Assembly: GCF_036321535.1 (NCBI RefSeq)
Contig: NC_087436.1
Coordinates: forward strand, 54,438,001 to 54,502,000
Direction of reading: 5' to 3'
From: Camelus dromedarius
Taxonomy: Eukaryota
Length of the DNA stretch: 64,000 nt
Shown here: positions 51,736 through 64,000 of the stretch, in pieces
Position numbering within the stretch: position 1 is the stretch's first letter
How the letters are laid out: each line of letters begins with the position of its first letter
Notes under the pieces: model-generated
Told to the model about the DNA's origin: nothing
Databases searched by the model: none
What the model saw: the letters and a program-made list of their open reading frames with translations, nothing else
Translations under genes and position numbers: made by a program

Positions 51736-54700
51736 TTTTACTGTTTTATGATTCTCCTTCTGCAGTCACTGGGTAACCTCTGACCTCTAGACTTTCTGCC
51801 TGATGCCAGTCTAGGTGGCTCTGTTAGACAGGACTCAACACAACTTCAATCTAGTTTTCTCTCTCTTCTAACACAAACCTGATTTTGACAAAAAACTCAA
51901 GCATTTCTCTTCCCTTCCAAGTCTGGCACTATAGGCCAGTCCCAATATCCTAGGCAGAAGTCTAAGTAATTCACTGAATGCATTTCAAAAATCTCTGATT
52001 TTTTTTTTAATGACTCCTTCTGGATTTGTTAAAAGGATACACCCTCCTCACTCCCCACACGTGAGTAGGGTGGGGATTCATAGCATAGTGACAGCTCTTT
52101 CCACTAATTTTCTTTTCTCACCTCTGTGATGCCTTCTAATATGCTTAATTTACTGAATCCAAGTAAATCCAAAATCATGGGAAAATTGCTATTGCAGATT
52201 CTTCGTATTTACAATATAGTGAAAGAGGTCCAATCCCCTGTATAATGTGGGCTGCTCAGGAGATAGAGAAAGACATAGACAGAGACACAGAAACAGAGAG
52301 AGAAAGAAAGAACATGCATGTTTCGGGGTACTGGATTCTGTAGCGGCATCAGCAGATCTTACCTTGGCTGCTGTTACTATTGCAGTAGCTGATGTACATT
52401 TTCACAAAGTGTATCAGATTGTGGGCAAAATCAATACCTTGAAAATCTCCATGAAGTTATTCAGCTGAGATTCCTTTCTGTTGGAAGCAAAGCCAGAAAT
52501 ATTCATAACCTTTTTTTTTTTTGCTATAAAACTTCTTTGTTTTGTCCTTATTATTTTACCATGTAGAAGGGAGCTAATGTAGTTCTGTAGCATTATTTGT
52601 GATACTAAATTTTATCCCATATATGACAGTACTTTTGAAATTTGATTTTAAAAGTTGCACAACATTTCTTATTTTTCTCAGAACTATCTTTGTAAACTGT
52701 ACTTCTGAAATTTTAGGCATAACAGAAAGGATGAAACATCTGATAGAATACCAGAACTTGAAACATGTTTTCAAAGGTGAAAGATGAGAGAATATAAAAA
52801 CTGTTAAAGATAAGTTGTCACAATATTTATTTAATTATTCATTTGGATTGAATTTTAGATTATAAAAAATACTGTAGTAAATTGTGATTTAAAAATAAAT
52901 TTTTTAAAAATTGCAATGCTAGAAATAAAAACCAGTGGACGAATCAAATGTGTACTGTATTTAATCAGTCTTCTTGTTGAAGCACATCTATAAGAGAAAA
53001 TAACCACAGAGTTTGTATATATCTCTGAACTTGATCTATATAGTTACGGGGTTTTTTTGCCTTTTTTTAATAAAATATTTTTATACTTTCTCTATTTTGG
53101 CTACAATGAAGCTCCCTGATAGAGAGTTCCACGTATGGGATTTATAGAAAATGTACAGCCCTAGAGAGCAGAGCTCCTAAATGCTCAGTGGTTATGTTCA
53201 TATTCAGTAGGGGTATCAGTTGAGAAGTAAAATAAATAAAACTTGCTTAAAAAGAAGGCTATTGAACAGTCTTTATTTAGAGAATAGTGTTCATCTTGCA
53301 ACCATTGCTACTGTTAAGAACACTTGCAGTCACAGGTCATGCACCAAAATCACAAAGTCGGAATACTCCAGTGCCTCATACAATGGGAAGAGCAAACATT
53401 TAAAAATAGACATCATTAACATCCTGTGTTCTGGAAGCTCCTAGACTGTTCCAGAGCATTCTGAAAAAGGTGAATAGAGCTGAGTTGCTGCTTGAAAGTA
53501 ATTTGTCTTTCAGTTCTTATCTAGGAATGAAAATTAGATCTAAAAATTTCAAAGCAGTAGGCTTTATGACACATATAAAACTCACTGCAATGAAACAGCC
53601 ATGACTTTAAACTAGTTTTTCAAATGATTATGGAATGTTTTGAGATGAGACTGAGGAGCTTGTATTGGAGTCTGTCTGTCTTTTTCTTCCTTCCTTCCTT
53701 TCATATAGAATTCAGTTTTTTTTTTTTTTTTGTAATAATACAAATAAATAGGTATTGAAGTTCTCTAAATTTATGAGTACAATATATGATTACAGCATAG
53801 GAATCATGATGATTCTATTAAATTTACATATATTGTGATTATTTAATTTTCCTTAGTAATTTACTGTGAAAAAATAGACATTTCTGAATCATTGCTCATT
53901 TCCAAAATATTAATTTAATTGTTAACAATAAGTGGCAACATATTTCATTCAAACAAAAGAGTGCAGGTCTTGAAATTATGAACTGGGTCTTAATCCCAAG
54001 TCAATCTGTTAATATTTTTGCAACTTTGAACAACTAGCATAAGTTCTTTAGGTCTCTGATATATACTTCTTGAAACATTTCATGAGATAGTTAAATTGAA
54101 CGAGAGTGCATATATTAACTGTATGTAAGTATATTCTAAATTCTAATGTAAACTCTCAGCATTACCAGGTATTTGTGTACTGAAGTATTATATGTAGATT
54201 TTTTTCAGTGGATTAGAAATTTTTTTATGCTTCTGGAAATTATTTTGAAAAAAGATGTATCTGATATAGAAGCTCACATCCCTGTGCCTCTTAGTAGTAA
54301 AATGTAAAAAGGTAATGAAATATTATAGTTTGGAGCTAGATGATTTATATCTCTGTGTATCAGAAAGATGGGAAGCAAATGGGTGCGATGGTTGAACCAA
54401 GTGAATTGCAAATGCATACATCATGGAGTTGAGAACAGCTCTGAAGATTTAGCTCTTCAACAGGTTGTTTTCAGTTACTATAGGCAGGTAAAAGGTTGAT
54501 ATAGGGTTTTAAGTCAACTGGAGCAGGTCTGGTTTATTTTTTTTGAAAAGTAGCAGTATATTCTAAAGTTCTATTTTGTTTATTTTTCCTGAAGAAGAGA
54601 AAGGAAAAGGAGAGGATATTTACTGTCTGGGGTAGTTATTCAAAAATATTATAGTGATTATCTTGCCTTTGAAGTGAAAAAGGGAAAGGCATATTAAATA

Positions 54701-55489
54701 TGGTTATGCTCAAATATTTAGTATGCTTGGGGATTGAATGTAAGATAAATAAGAAGTAATCTTTATTTGGCAGCTGGAACTGACCATTAAAATATTTTTG
54801 TTCTCAAGTATTAATAAGTTTGTCTCCCTTAGAATGTTGAAGTCTTAGTCTTTTGAATGGGTCTTGGGGGAAAAATGCGTCAACTAAACATGAGCATCTG
54901 CTTTTGAAAGGAACCGGTGAAGGCTGGGCTCTTTTCTTTTGGATAGCAGAGGGAATGAGAGAATTCTGACAGAGGATTAGGCTCATTCAGATGATACTTT
55001 GACTTTCAGTCAAATAATGCCTTAAGAGGGACATCATTCAGTACATTCATTCTCAGAGAGAATGCTCAGACTATGCCTTGGAACTAGGAATTGGAAGCTC
55101 GGAAGCTGAGATTTTCAGGGCTGCTACGTTCTTTTTTCTTCTTTGCATTTCAGTTACCATATTTAAATGTCTATTTAGATGTATGTTCTCTTTTAAATGA
55201 CAATTGTTAAGAGTACTCAATTCAGTCCAATATGGGTATGTTACAAAAGATTTTTATGTCATTTCTTCTTGGCCAGATTTCTCCTACAGACTCAGAGACT
55301 TGCAGGATATGGGGCTATCCTTTCAGAATATGGATTACTACTTTACCATTTAGAATATGGAACTACCCTAGAGTAAAATTGAAGCCAAAGATCAGTATAA
55401 GAACATACCAAGATTCTCAGTTTCAGGACTGGATTTTTTCTACTGTGACAATTTTCCCACGTAACGTGTTCAGAAATGGATAGTATCTT

Positions 55490-57980
55490 TTAAGATTTTT
55501 TTTTGAATTTTATATTATGGATATATATGTAACACAAATTGATCATCTTAACTATTTTCACGTGTACAATTTTATAATGTTAAGTACAACCAATATCCAA
55601 AACTTTTCATCTTGCAAAGCTGAAGTTTTATACCCATTAAATAACAACTCACCATTCTCCCTCTCCTCAGCTCCTGGCAATCAGCATTGTACTTTCTGCC
55701 TCAATAAATATGACTGCTCAAGATACCTCAGATAACGGGAATCATACAGTACTTATCTTTTTGTGACTGGCTTACTCACTTAACATATAGTATTCTCAAG
55801 ATTCATCCATACTGTAGCATATGTCACAACTGCCCTCCTTTTTAAGGCTGAATAATAATTCCATTGTATACATGTAACATGTTTTGTTTATCCATTCATC
55901 TATCAGTGACCCTTGGATTGGCTCCCACCTTTTGACTATTGTGAATAATGCTGTGAATATGAGTCTCTTTGAGACTGTTTTGTGGTGTCTACCCAGGAGT
56001 AGAATTGCTAGATCATATAGTAACTCTATTTTTAATTTTTTGAGGAACCACCATACTGTTTTCCATAGTGATTACACCATTCTGTATTCCTACTAACAGT
56101 GGTAGTATAATTTTCTCCACATATTTCCCCAAATGTTTTATTTTTTTGATTTTCACTAATAGCCATCCTCTTTGGGGTGAGGTAGTATCTCACTGTGGCT
56201 TTGATGTGCATTTCCCTAATGATGAGTGATATTGAACACTTGGTGCTTGTTGGTCATTTGTAGATCTTCTTTGGAGAAATGTCTAAAGATCTTTGCCTGT
56301 TTTTTAATGGGATTGTTTTTTATAGCTGTTGAGTTATAGGAGTTCTTTATATATTCTAGACATTACTCTCATCAGATTTGCAAGTATTTTCTCCCATTCC
56401 ACAGGTTGCTTTTATTTTGAACAATTTGTTTTTTAAGAGCAATTTTACGTTCGCAGCAATATTGAGTAGAAGATACAGAGATTTCCCATATATCCCGTCT
56501 CCAAACCATGCATAGCCTCTCCCATTATCAGCATTCCCCACCAGAGCAGTACATTTGTTACCATGGATGACCCCTGTTGACACATCATAAACACTCAAAG
56601 CCCATAGTTAACCTTACAGTTCCCTCATGGTGTTGTACATTCTATGGGTTTGGATGAATGAATAATGGCAAATATCCATCATTATAATATCTTACAGAGA
56701 GAATTTTCATTGTTGTAAACATCCTCTGTGCTCTGCCTATTCATCCTTTCCCTTCCCATCACCTTTGATGACCACTCATATTTTTATTGTCTCATAGTTT
56801 TGTCTTTTCCAAAATTTCATACAGTATGTAGCCTTTTTGGGTTGACTTCCTTCACTTTGTACTATGAACTTCTGACTCCTCCCTCATGCTTTTTCATGGC
56901 TTTATAGCTGATTTCTTTTTAGCACTGAATAATATTCCATTGCCTGTGACATGGTTTATTTATCCATTCATCTACTGATGGATATCTTGATTGCTTCCAA
57001 GTTTTGGCAATTATGAAGAAAGCTGCTATAAACATTTGTATGGTTTAAAAAAAGGTTTTTTTGTATGGACAAGTTTTCAACTCCTTTGGGTAAATATCAA
57101 GGAGTGTGATTGCTAGATCATATGATAAGAATATGTATCGTATGAAGCTGCCAAACTGTCTTCCAATGTAACTGTACCATTTTGCATTCCCACAAGCAAT
57201 GAATAAAAGTTCTTGTGGCTCTATGTCCTTGCCAGTATTTGGTGTTGTCAGTTTTGGGTCATTCTAATGGGTGTGTAGTGGCAACTCATTGTTGTTTTAG
57301 TTTGCATTTCCTCATGCTGTATGATGTGGAATATCTTTTCTATATCCTTATTTGCCATCTGTATGTCTTCTTTAATGAGATATCTGTTAAGGTCTTTGGT
57401 CCATTTTTTTTTTATCTGATTTGTTTATGTTCATATTGTTGAGTTTTAAGAGTTCCTTATATATTTTGGATAAGTGTCCTTTATTAGATGTGTTTTTTAC
57501 AAATATTTTCTCCCAGCCTGTGGCTTGTCCTTTTATTCTCTTGATATTGTCTTTCACAGAGCATTTGTTTTTAATTTTAATGAAGTCTAGTTAATCAGTT
57601 CTTTCTTTCATGGATGTATGTTTGGTTTTTGTGAAGCCCTTTTTAGATACAACACTAAATAAAGTCATCTAGGTTTTCTCCTATGTTATCTTCTAGGAGT
57701 TTTATAGTTTTGAGTTTTATGATAGGCCTGTGATTCATTTATAATTAACTTTTGTTAAAGATACAAAATGAGTGTCCAAATTCTTTTTTTTTTTTTTTTT
57801 GCATGTGGATGTTTAGTTGTTCCAGCACTATTTGTCAAAAAGACAATGTCTTTGCTCCATAATATTGTCTTTGCTCCTTTGTCAAAGAACAGTTGACTGT
57901 ATATACAGAAATCTAATTCTGTGCTGTCAATTCTGTTCCACATAGGTTGCTTTTTCAGTCTGTTGATTGTGTCCTTTGGT
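55490..57980 (-). mobile_element. L1MB-like fragment (55490-56413, resumes 57955-57980) interrupted by an L1MC1/2-like element (56414-57943)
   Basis: L1 3'UTR and ORF2-end motifs; aggttgctttt duplicated at 56403-56413 and 57944-57954. Confidence 0.75.
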
Positions 57981-58770
57981 GTATCCCTCAAAATTAATTT
58001 AGGGAAACTTTTGAACTTGCTAGATAAATAAACTGATTTGAAATATAACAAAATTATAATATTGGTTATGTCTGGGTAAGGTTATATATTTGTTTTCTTT
58101 TTTCCTTTTCCTATGATTTACATTCCCTAAAATCCCCTTGCATTTTTCACTTAACAGTATATAATAAACATTTTCCCTTAACATTATAATTTATTTTTAA
58201 ATAACTTTATACCTTTAACATATATGTATTTATAGATTAGATATTACAACTTCATTTAGTCATTTCCTTATTTGAGGTCATTCAGATTGTCTCCATATAT
58301 TTGTTAATGATACGGATAACAAAAAATTTTTGATGTACAGAGAACACCCAACTTACATGCTGAAATTTAATCTTAATGGGTTAATTTCTAAAAGTGGGGT
58401 TATTCATTTAGTGTATATGCACATTTTAAATTTCAATAGAAATGGCTACATCACTTACCAAATAACTGGTATGAATTATATATCCACCAAAAATGTATGA
58501 AAGTGCCCATTTCCTCACAATAATATCAGCACAAGATATTATAAATTTTTAAATTTTGTCCAGTTAAAAAAAGAAAAATACTTGACTTAATTTATATTTT
58601 TCTGAGGTTTTATATTCTTTTTATGTGTTACCTATTTGTATTTCCTCCTCTACATGAGTAGGAATATTTTTGCCCATTTAAAAAATTTATTCAATTGCTT
58701 TTGACTAGACAAGTGACAGAGAGTTGACCATGTAGTAGAGATATAACATTTATTCTTATGACTGAATTTT

Positions 58771-60071
58771 TTTTTAATTGAAGTATAATTGACTTACAAT
58801 GTTGTATTAGTTTCAGGTATACAACATAGTGATTCTCTTATACATATATTATTTTTCAAATTCTTTTCTATTATTACAAGATAGTAAATAGAGTTCCCTG
58901 TGCTATACAGTAGGTCCTTGTCATCTATTTTATATATAGTAGTGTGCATCTGTTAATCCAAAGCTCCTAATTTATCCTTACCCGCTTCCCCCTATGGTAA
59001 CCATAAGTTTGTTTTCTGTGTCTGAGTCTGTTTCTGTTTTGTAAATAAGTTCATTTGTGTCATATTTTTTAGATTCCGCATGTAAGTGATACATATTTGT
59101 CTGACTTCACTTAGTATGATAATCTCTAGATCCATTCATGTTGCTGAAAATGGAATTATTTTATTCTTTTTATAGTTGAGTAATATTCCATTATATACAT
59201 ATATGCCACACTTCTTTATCCATTCATCTGTTGATGGACATTTAGGTTGCTTCCATATCTTGGCTATTGTAAATAGTGCTGCTGTGAATATTGGAGTGCA
59301 TGTATATTTTCAAATTAGAGTTTTCATCTTTTCTGGATAGATGCCCAGGAGTGGGATTGCTGGATCATATTGTAACTCTATTTTTAGTGTTTTTAAGGAA
59401 TCTCCATGCTGTCCTCCATAGTGTCTACACCAATTTCCATTCTCACCAACAATGTAGAAGGGTTCCCTTTCTCCAGACCCTCTCCAGTATTTATTATTTG
59501 TAGACTTTTTGATGATGGCCATTCTGACTTGTATGAGGTGATATTTCATTGCAGTTTTGATTTACATTTCTCTAGTGATTAATGATGTTGACATCATTTC
59601 ATGTGCCTGTTGGCCATCTGCATAACTCCTTTGTAGAAGTGTCTATTTAGTTCTTCTGTCCATTTTTTGATTGTAATGTTTGTTTGTTTGTTTTGATATT
59701 GAGCTGTATATGCTGTTTGTATATTTTGGAAAATAACCTCTTGTCGGTTGCAATCCTGTAGGTTGTCTTTTCATTTTGTTGATGGTTTGCTTTGCTATGC
59801 AAAAGCTATGTAAGTTTGATTAGGTCCCATTTGTTTATTTTTGCTTTTATTTCTTTTGCCTTGGGAGACTGATCTAAGAAAGTATTGCTGTGATGTGTCA
59901 GAGAATGTTTTGCCTATGTTCTCTTCTAGGAATTGTATGATTTTATGTCTTATATTTAAGTCTTTAAGCCATTCTGAGTTTATTTTTGTGTATGGTGTGA
60001 GGTAGTGTTCTAACTTCATTGATTTACATGCGACTGTCCAGCTTTCCCAACATCACTTGCTAAGGAGATTT
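58771..60071 (-). mobile_element. 5'-truncated L1 (about 1.3 kb) inserted in an older L1ME-like fragment
   Basis: ORF2 C-terminal remnants ([27 protein letters not shown]); TSD ttatgactgaatttt (58756-58770) / ttatgactgcatttt (60072-60086). Confidence 0.85.
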
Positions 60072-61804
60072 TTATGACTGCATTTTGACTGATTTTTGTC
60101 TTTCTTGTTTGCTTATGGTACCGTTTGCATTCAGAAATATTTAAATTATATATATTTAAACATAGATATCTATTGCTTCACAGTTCCTGGTTTTCTTTAT
60201 TTAAAAAGGATCCTTTCATTCCAAAGGTGTAAAACTATTTTCCTAACTTTTAAAAAATTAATCAATTGTTGTTATACCTTTGCTTTATAGGAAGATCACT
60301 TTTTCTGTCTAGCTTGAGGTAAAAAAAATACATATATATGTATATATATATTTTGGTATATATAGGCAGTTATGCCAAGGACATTATTAAGCAGCCATTT
60401 TCTTCATTTTTTCATGTTATATGAGTATTATATTTAATTTAATCCATTTCTGGAACCTATTTTTTAATCACTGATTTATTTTCTATTTCTATTTCAAAGT
60501 ATACTCAGATCTACTCCTCTACTTACTCGAGTTTTGTTTTTTTTTTTTTTTTTTTTTTACTGAGAATGTGCCAAGGAGATTTGACCCTGCTCAAAGAAAC
60601 AGTATAATTAAAGACTTCACTTATCCAAATTTTTAAATCAAAGAGGGAGGGAGGGAGGAATGAGGAGACAGAGAGAAGAGGGATACTTCAGCTCATCTCC
60701 CCTACTTTATCCCTCGGTTTTTCAGATCTTGTAGCATATTCATTAGTAAGAGGAGTGGACGTATGTCCTTCTACTTTGATATACCCTAGTAGACATGAAG
60801 CATGAGTTCTGGGGAAATTCAAGGAAAAAAAAAACTATGATATGATTATCTTGAAGCCCTATTGCTTTTTTCCCATTTGTCCTTTGCTTGTCAATTTATG
60901 TGTCATTTTTTCCCTATGTCCCTCATGTGTAGTATTGTCTGTTATAAAGCAAAAATATGAAGTCTTGATATTCAATTTATCTGGTGTACAAGGACTTTTT
61001 ATGTAGTACCTATAACTAGAACTCCTATAAAGTGATTTATGAATATGATGGTCACACTTTAATAACATGGCAGCTATGTATGTTTCATATATTGAGGGTA
61101 GAAGATTGTTTTGGTATTCAAGTCACTCAAGTGTCCTTAGGTTAGAACTATTATTTAGCTGGTCTTCAGTAGTCAAGAAGCATCCCTTCTCTTTAGGCAT
61201 GTTTAAAGATTAGAGCAAACTTCATATTTTGTCAGGTTACAGGAAAACTTTGGCCCTGCTTTGATCAATGTAACGTAGTAAACTTCCTATCCCAAGAACT
61301 CAATGAGCATGATTGTTTTATCATCCCAAAATATAAGCATTTCTCTCAAGATCCATGATTTGTGCTACAGTTGACTTTGTCTTTTTTTCATATTTTCTTT
61401 GGCCATAATACCTTTAGTAAAGAGATCAGTAATTTTTTTCTAGTTTTTTTCTTTGTACTCTATAGATCAAAATATAAATCAGAATTTACCCCAAAATTAT
61501 TTTCTGTTATTTTACTCTATTTTCATTCTTGTGGTCAGATATTTTCTGGAATTCCAAAGTCATTGCTAAGATATTTGAAGTTTGTTAATTCTTCCTGAAA
61601 GCCAGTTCCTTTTAGGTAGTATATGTAACAAAGGAAATATGTGCCATTTCACAGTCAAGAGTTGACTCATTTTTGAAAAGAGGATAAGGTTGATAGGTTA
61701 TGGATAGCCCAGTGTAAAATCATAATTTCATTACATATAATGATGATATAATAACATATCAATCATCATTAATTGTTGATAAGGGTGGAATGAGTCACTA
61801 TTCT

Positions 61805-62070
61805 TATTCAACCCAAGGCTGGGTTCATTGGGAATTTTAATCTGTAACCAGTCAGTCAGAAGCATGGGTGACAACCTAGAGTTGTAACTGATGTCTGAAG
61901 TGTGGGTGGGGAGGCAGTCTTGTGGGACTGAACCCTTAACCTGTGGGATCTGATGCTGTTTCTAGGTACACAGTGTCAGAATTGAATTGAATTGTAAGAT
62001 AACCAGCTGGTGCCAGAGAATTGCTTGGTTGTGTGGAGAAAATACCCACACATTGGAACTGGGTGCAGAG
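61805..62070 (+). mobile_element. MER21-like ERVL LTR fragment
   Basis: gcagtcttgtgggactgaacccttaacctgtgggatctgatgc...gtgtcagaattgaattgaattgtaag. Confidence 0.7.
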
Positions 62071-62079
62071 TCTTACCCA

Positions 62080-63600
62080 TGCTCAATAAAAACTCCTAGG
62101 AAATTAATAATAGATGGAAAATTCATTAATCTAATTGAGTATTTACCCAAAACATAGGACGAACATTGTATTCAGTGTTACAATCTTAGAAGCATTTTAT
62201 TCAAATTCAAGAAAAGGACAAGGATGTCTAATGATTTCCACTCCCAATTTAAGAGAATAATGGAGGCACTATCTTGAACAATGAGAAAAGGGAAAAAATG
62301 TGGATAAAGATTAGTGTGGAAATTGATTCATAAAGATTGGAGCAGAAGGGTGGATGGAGTTTTAAAGAGCAAAAACTATGATAAGGCTATCAGATTTATT
62401 TTAGAATTAAAAAAACGACATCAGGCATTGGATTTGATGGAACATATGGAACATATTAGTGATAGATACATAGAAAATTAATAAAATAAAAAAGTGTCCA
62501 AAACTGGCATTATTTGAAAATGATATTATTAACATGAAAAAAATAAAAGAATCTATATACAAATAATAAAGTTTATGAAATTTTGACAACCTCCCATTGT
62601 AAGATCATTATGCAAAAAGTGATTGCATTTCTATATACCAGCAGTAATTAGAAAATGTAAAATTATTTTAAAGTTACTATGTTAATAGCAATAAAATATG
62701 TGGTACATAGAAACAAAACCAACAAAAGAAGTATAAATAAAAGTATATGGAAAGACATTACAATGACCTAAATGAAGAAATGTATTATGTTCATGAATAG
62801 GAAGCTTCTCAGATTTGAATTCTTTCAACGTGATCTGTGAATTTATGGCTTTTAAGAAAATGTTTCCCAAGGAACTTGACAAGATTGTTTAAAATTTATT
62901 TCAAGTAGTAAAGAATATATAAGAAGGAAGGAAGAAAATTCTAAGGAAGGAAATTGCAGGGAGATTCCTGGACCACATTAGATTTTATAGTGCTACAGTA
63001 ATTAAATCAGTGTGATACTGGTGTAGGGATCAACACACAGACCAATAAACAGAACAGAATCCCTCAAAATAGACATATATATGTATGTATATTTTATATA
63101 TATATAAAATGAAACTTGATATATGAGAAAGCTGGCCTTTGAAGATCATTGAGTGAAAGATAGACTTTTTGAGACTTGTTGCAGAAAAAAAATAATCCAT
63201 ACGGGGAAAAAAAGGAAATTGAATCTTCACAGTACACCATATGCAACACTCAATTCTGGATAGATTAAATACTTATTTTGAAAAGTGTAATTTAAATCTT
63301 TTAGAAGAATACATAAAGCTATCTTTATAAGAGTTTTAACTTTTAAAATAATTCACAAAAAGCACATAAGGAAATCTGGGAAACCAAATATCTAACTAAC
63401 TGGAGTTCCAGAAAGAGAAAACAGCCAATTAAGGTAAGAAATTTATCAGAGAATTAATATGAACATTTCTCCCTGGATTTAAAGATGTGATCTCCAGATT
63501 GAAAAGGACTACCAATGTCCTGGTACAGTGAAAGAAAAAGCAAACAAAAACAAATGCACAAAGAAACAAAGGCACATTATTTTGAAGTTCCCAGAACAAT
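62080..63600 (+). mobile_element. Highly decayed ancient L1 (L1M5/ME-like) fragments
   Basis: Residual ORF2-like motifs (gattgcatttctatataccagca, gctacagtaattaaatcagtgtg, cacactcaattctggatagattaaa); ORF1-like ggagttccagaaagagaaaa near 63400. Confidence 0.55.
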
Positions 63601-64000
63601 TGGAATAATTATACCAACAAAAATCTAAGGTCAGTTTTGGCTCCATCTCATCCATTCCATGCCCAACCCTAATTAAACCAACTGTTAAGTGCTCTAGACT
63701 CTATTTGTGCTATATTTCTCACATCATTCCTTTCCTTCCATTCCTTCTGCTGCTGTGTGGTTCTGATCATTATTTTCTCTTTTCTAGATGCTTCAATAAT
63801 CTCCAAATTAACCTTTGCCTAAAATCTCTCTGCAATTCTAGTTTATTAGTCCTATGCACCTAGACATTCAGGTTAACTGTGCCCAAAATTACTTCCTGTT
63901 TTCTGTTGCTTCTTAAATTAAGTCCAGATCCTTATCTTGGTTTTTAAGGATATGTGTAGAAATACTCCAACTCTAATTTTTGAATTTTTTTCCCACTGCA

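Overview
AT-rich placental-mammal DNA, most likely camelid (alpaca/camel) from a Vic-1-like tRNA-Ala-derived SINE and its L1 3' ends. There is no intact host protein-coding gene that I can recognise. The window is rich in transposable elements (L1, MIR, L2, MLT/ERVL LTRs, a Charlie fragment). The largest feature is a young full-length LINE-1 on the minus strand (39940-47069, 11-bp TSD). It has an intact ORF1, but ORF2 carries a 1-nt frameshift and catalytic-site substitutions. The most unexpected signal is in the repeat-poor interval 22.3-38.9 kb: minus-strand segments with splice-site boundaries read as a decayed multi-exon gene, with a signal-peptide exon, trypsin-fold (S1) protease-like motifs (possibly two domains) and a terminal exon ending in KDEL-stop. 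I treat this as a candidate unitary pseudogene of an ER-retained protease-like protein. It was called by eye and needs profile and synteny confirmation. Other items: a twin-primed inverted L1, a 122-bp dispersed near-perfect duplication, nested L1s with TSDs, and a possible 11-nt 3' transduction.
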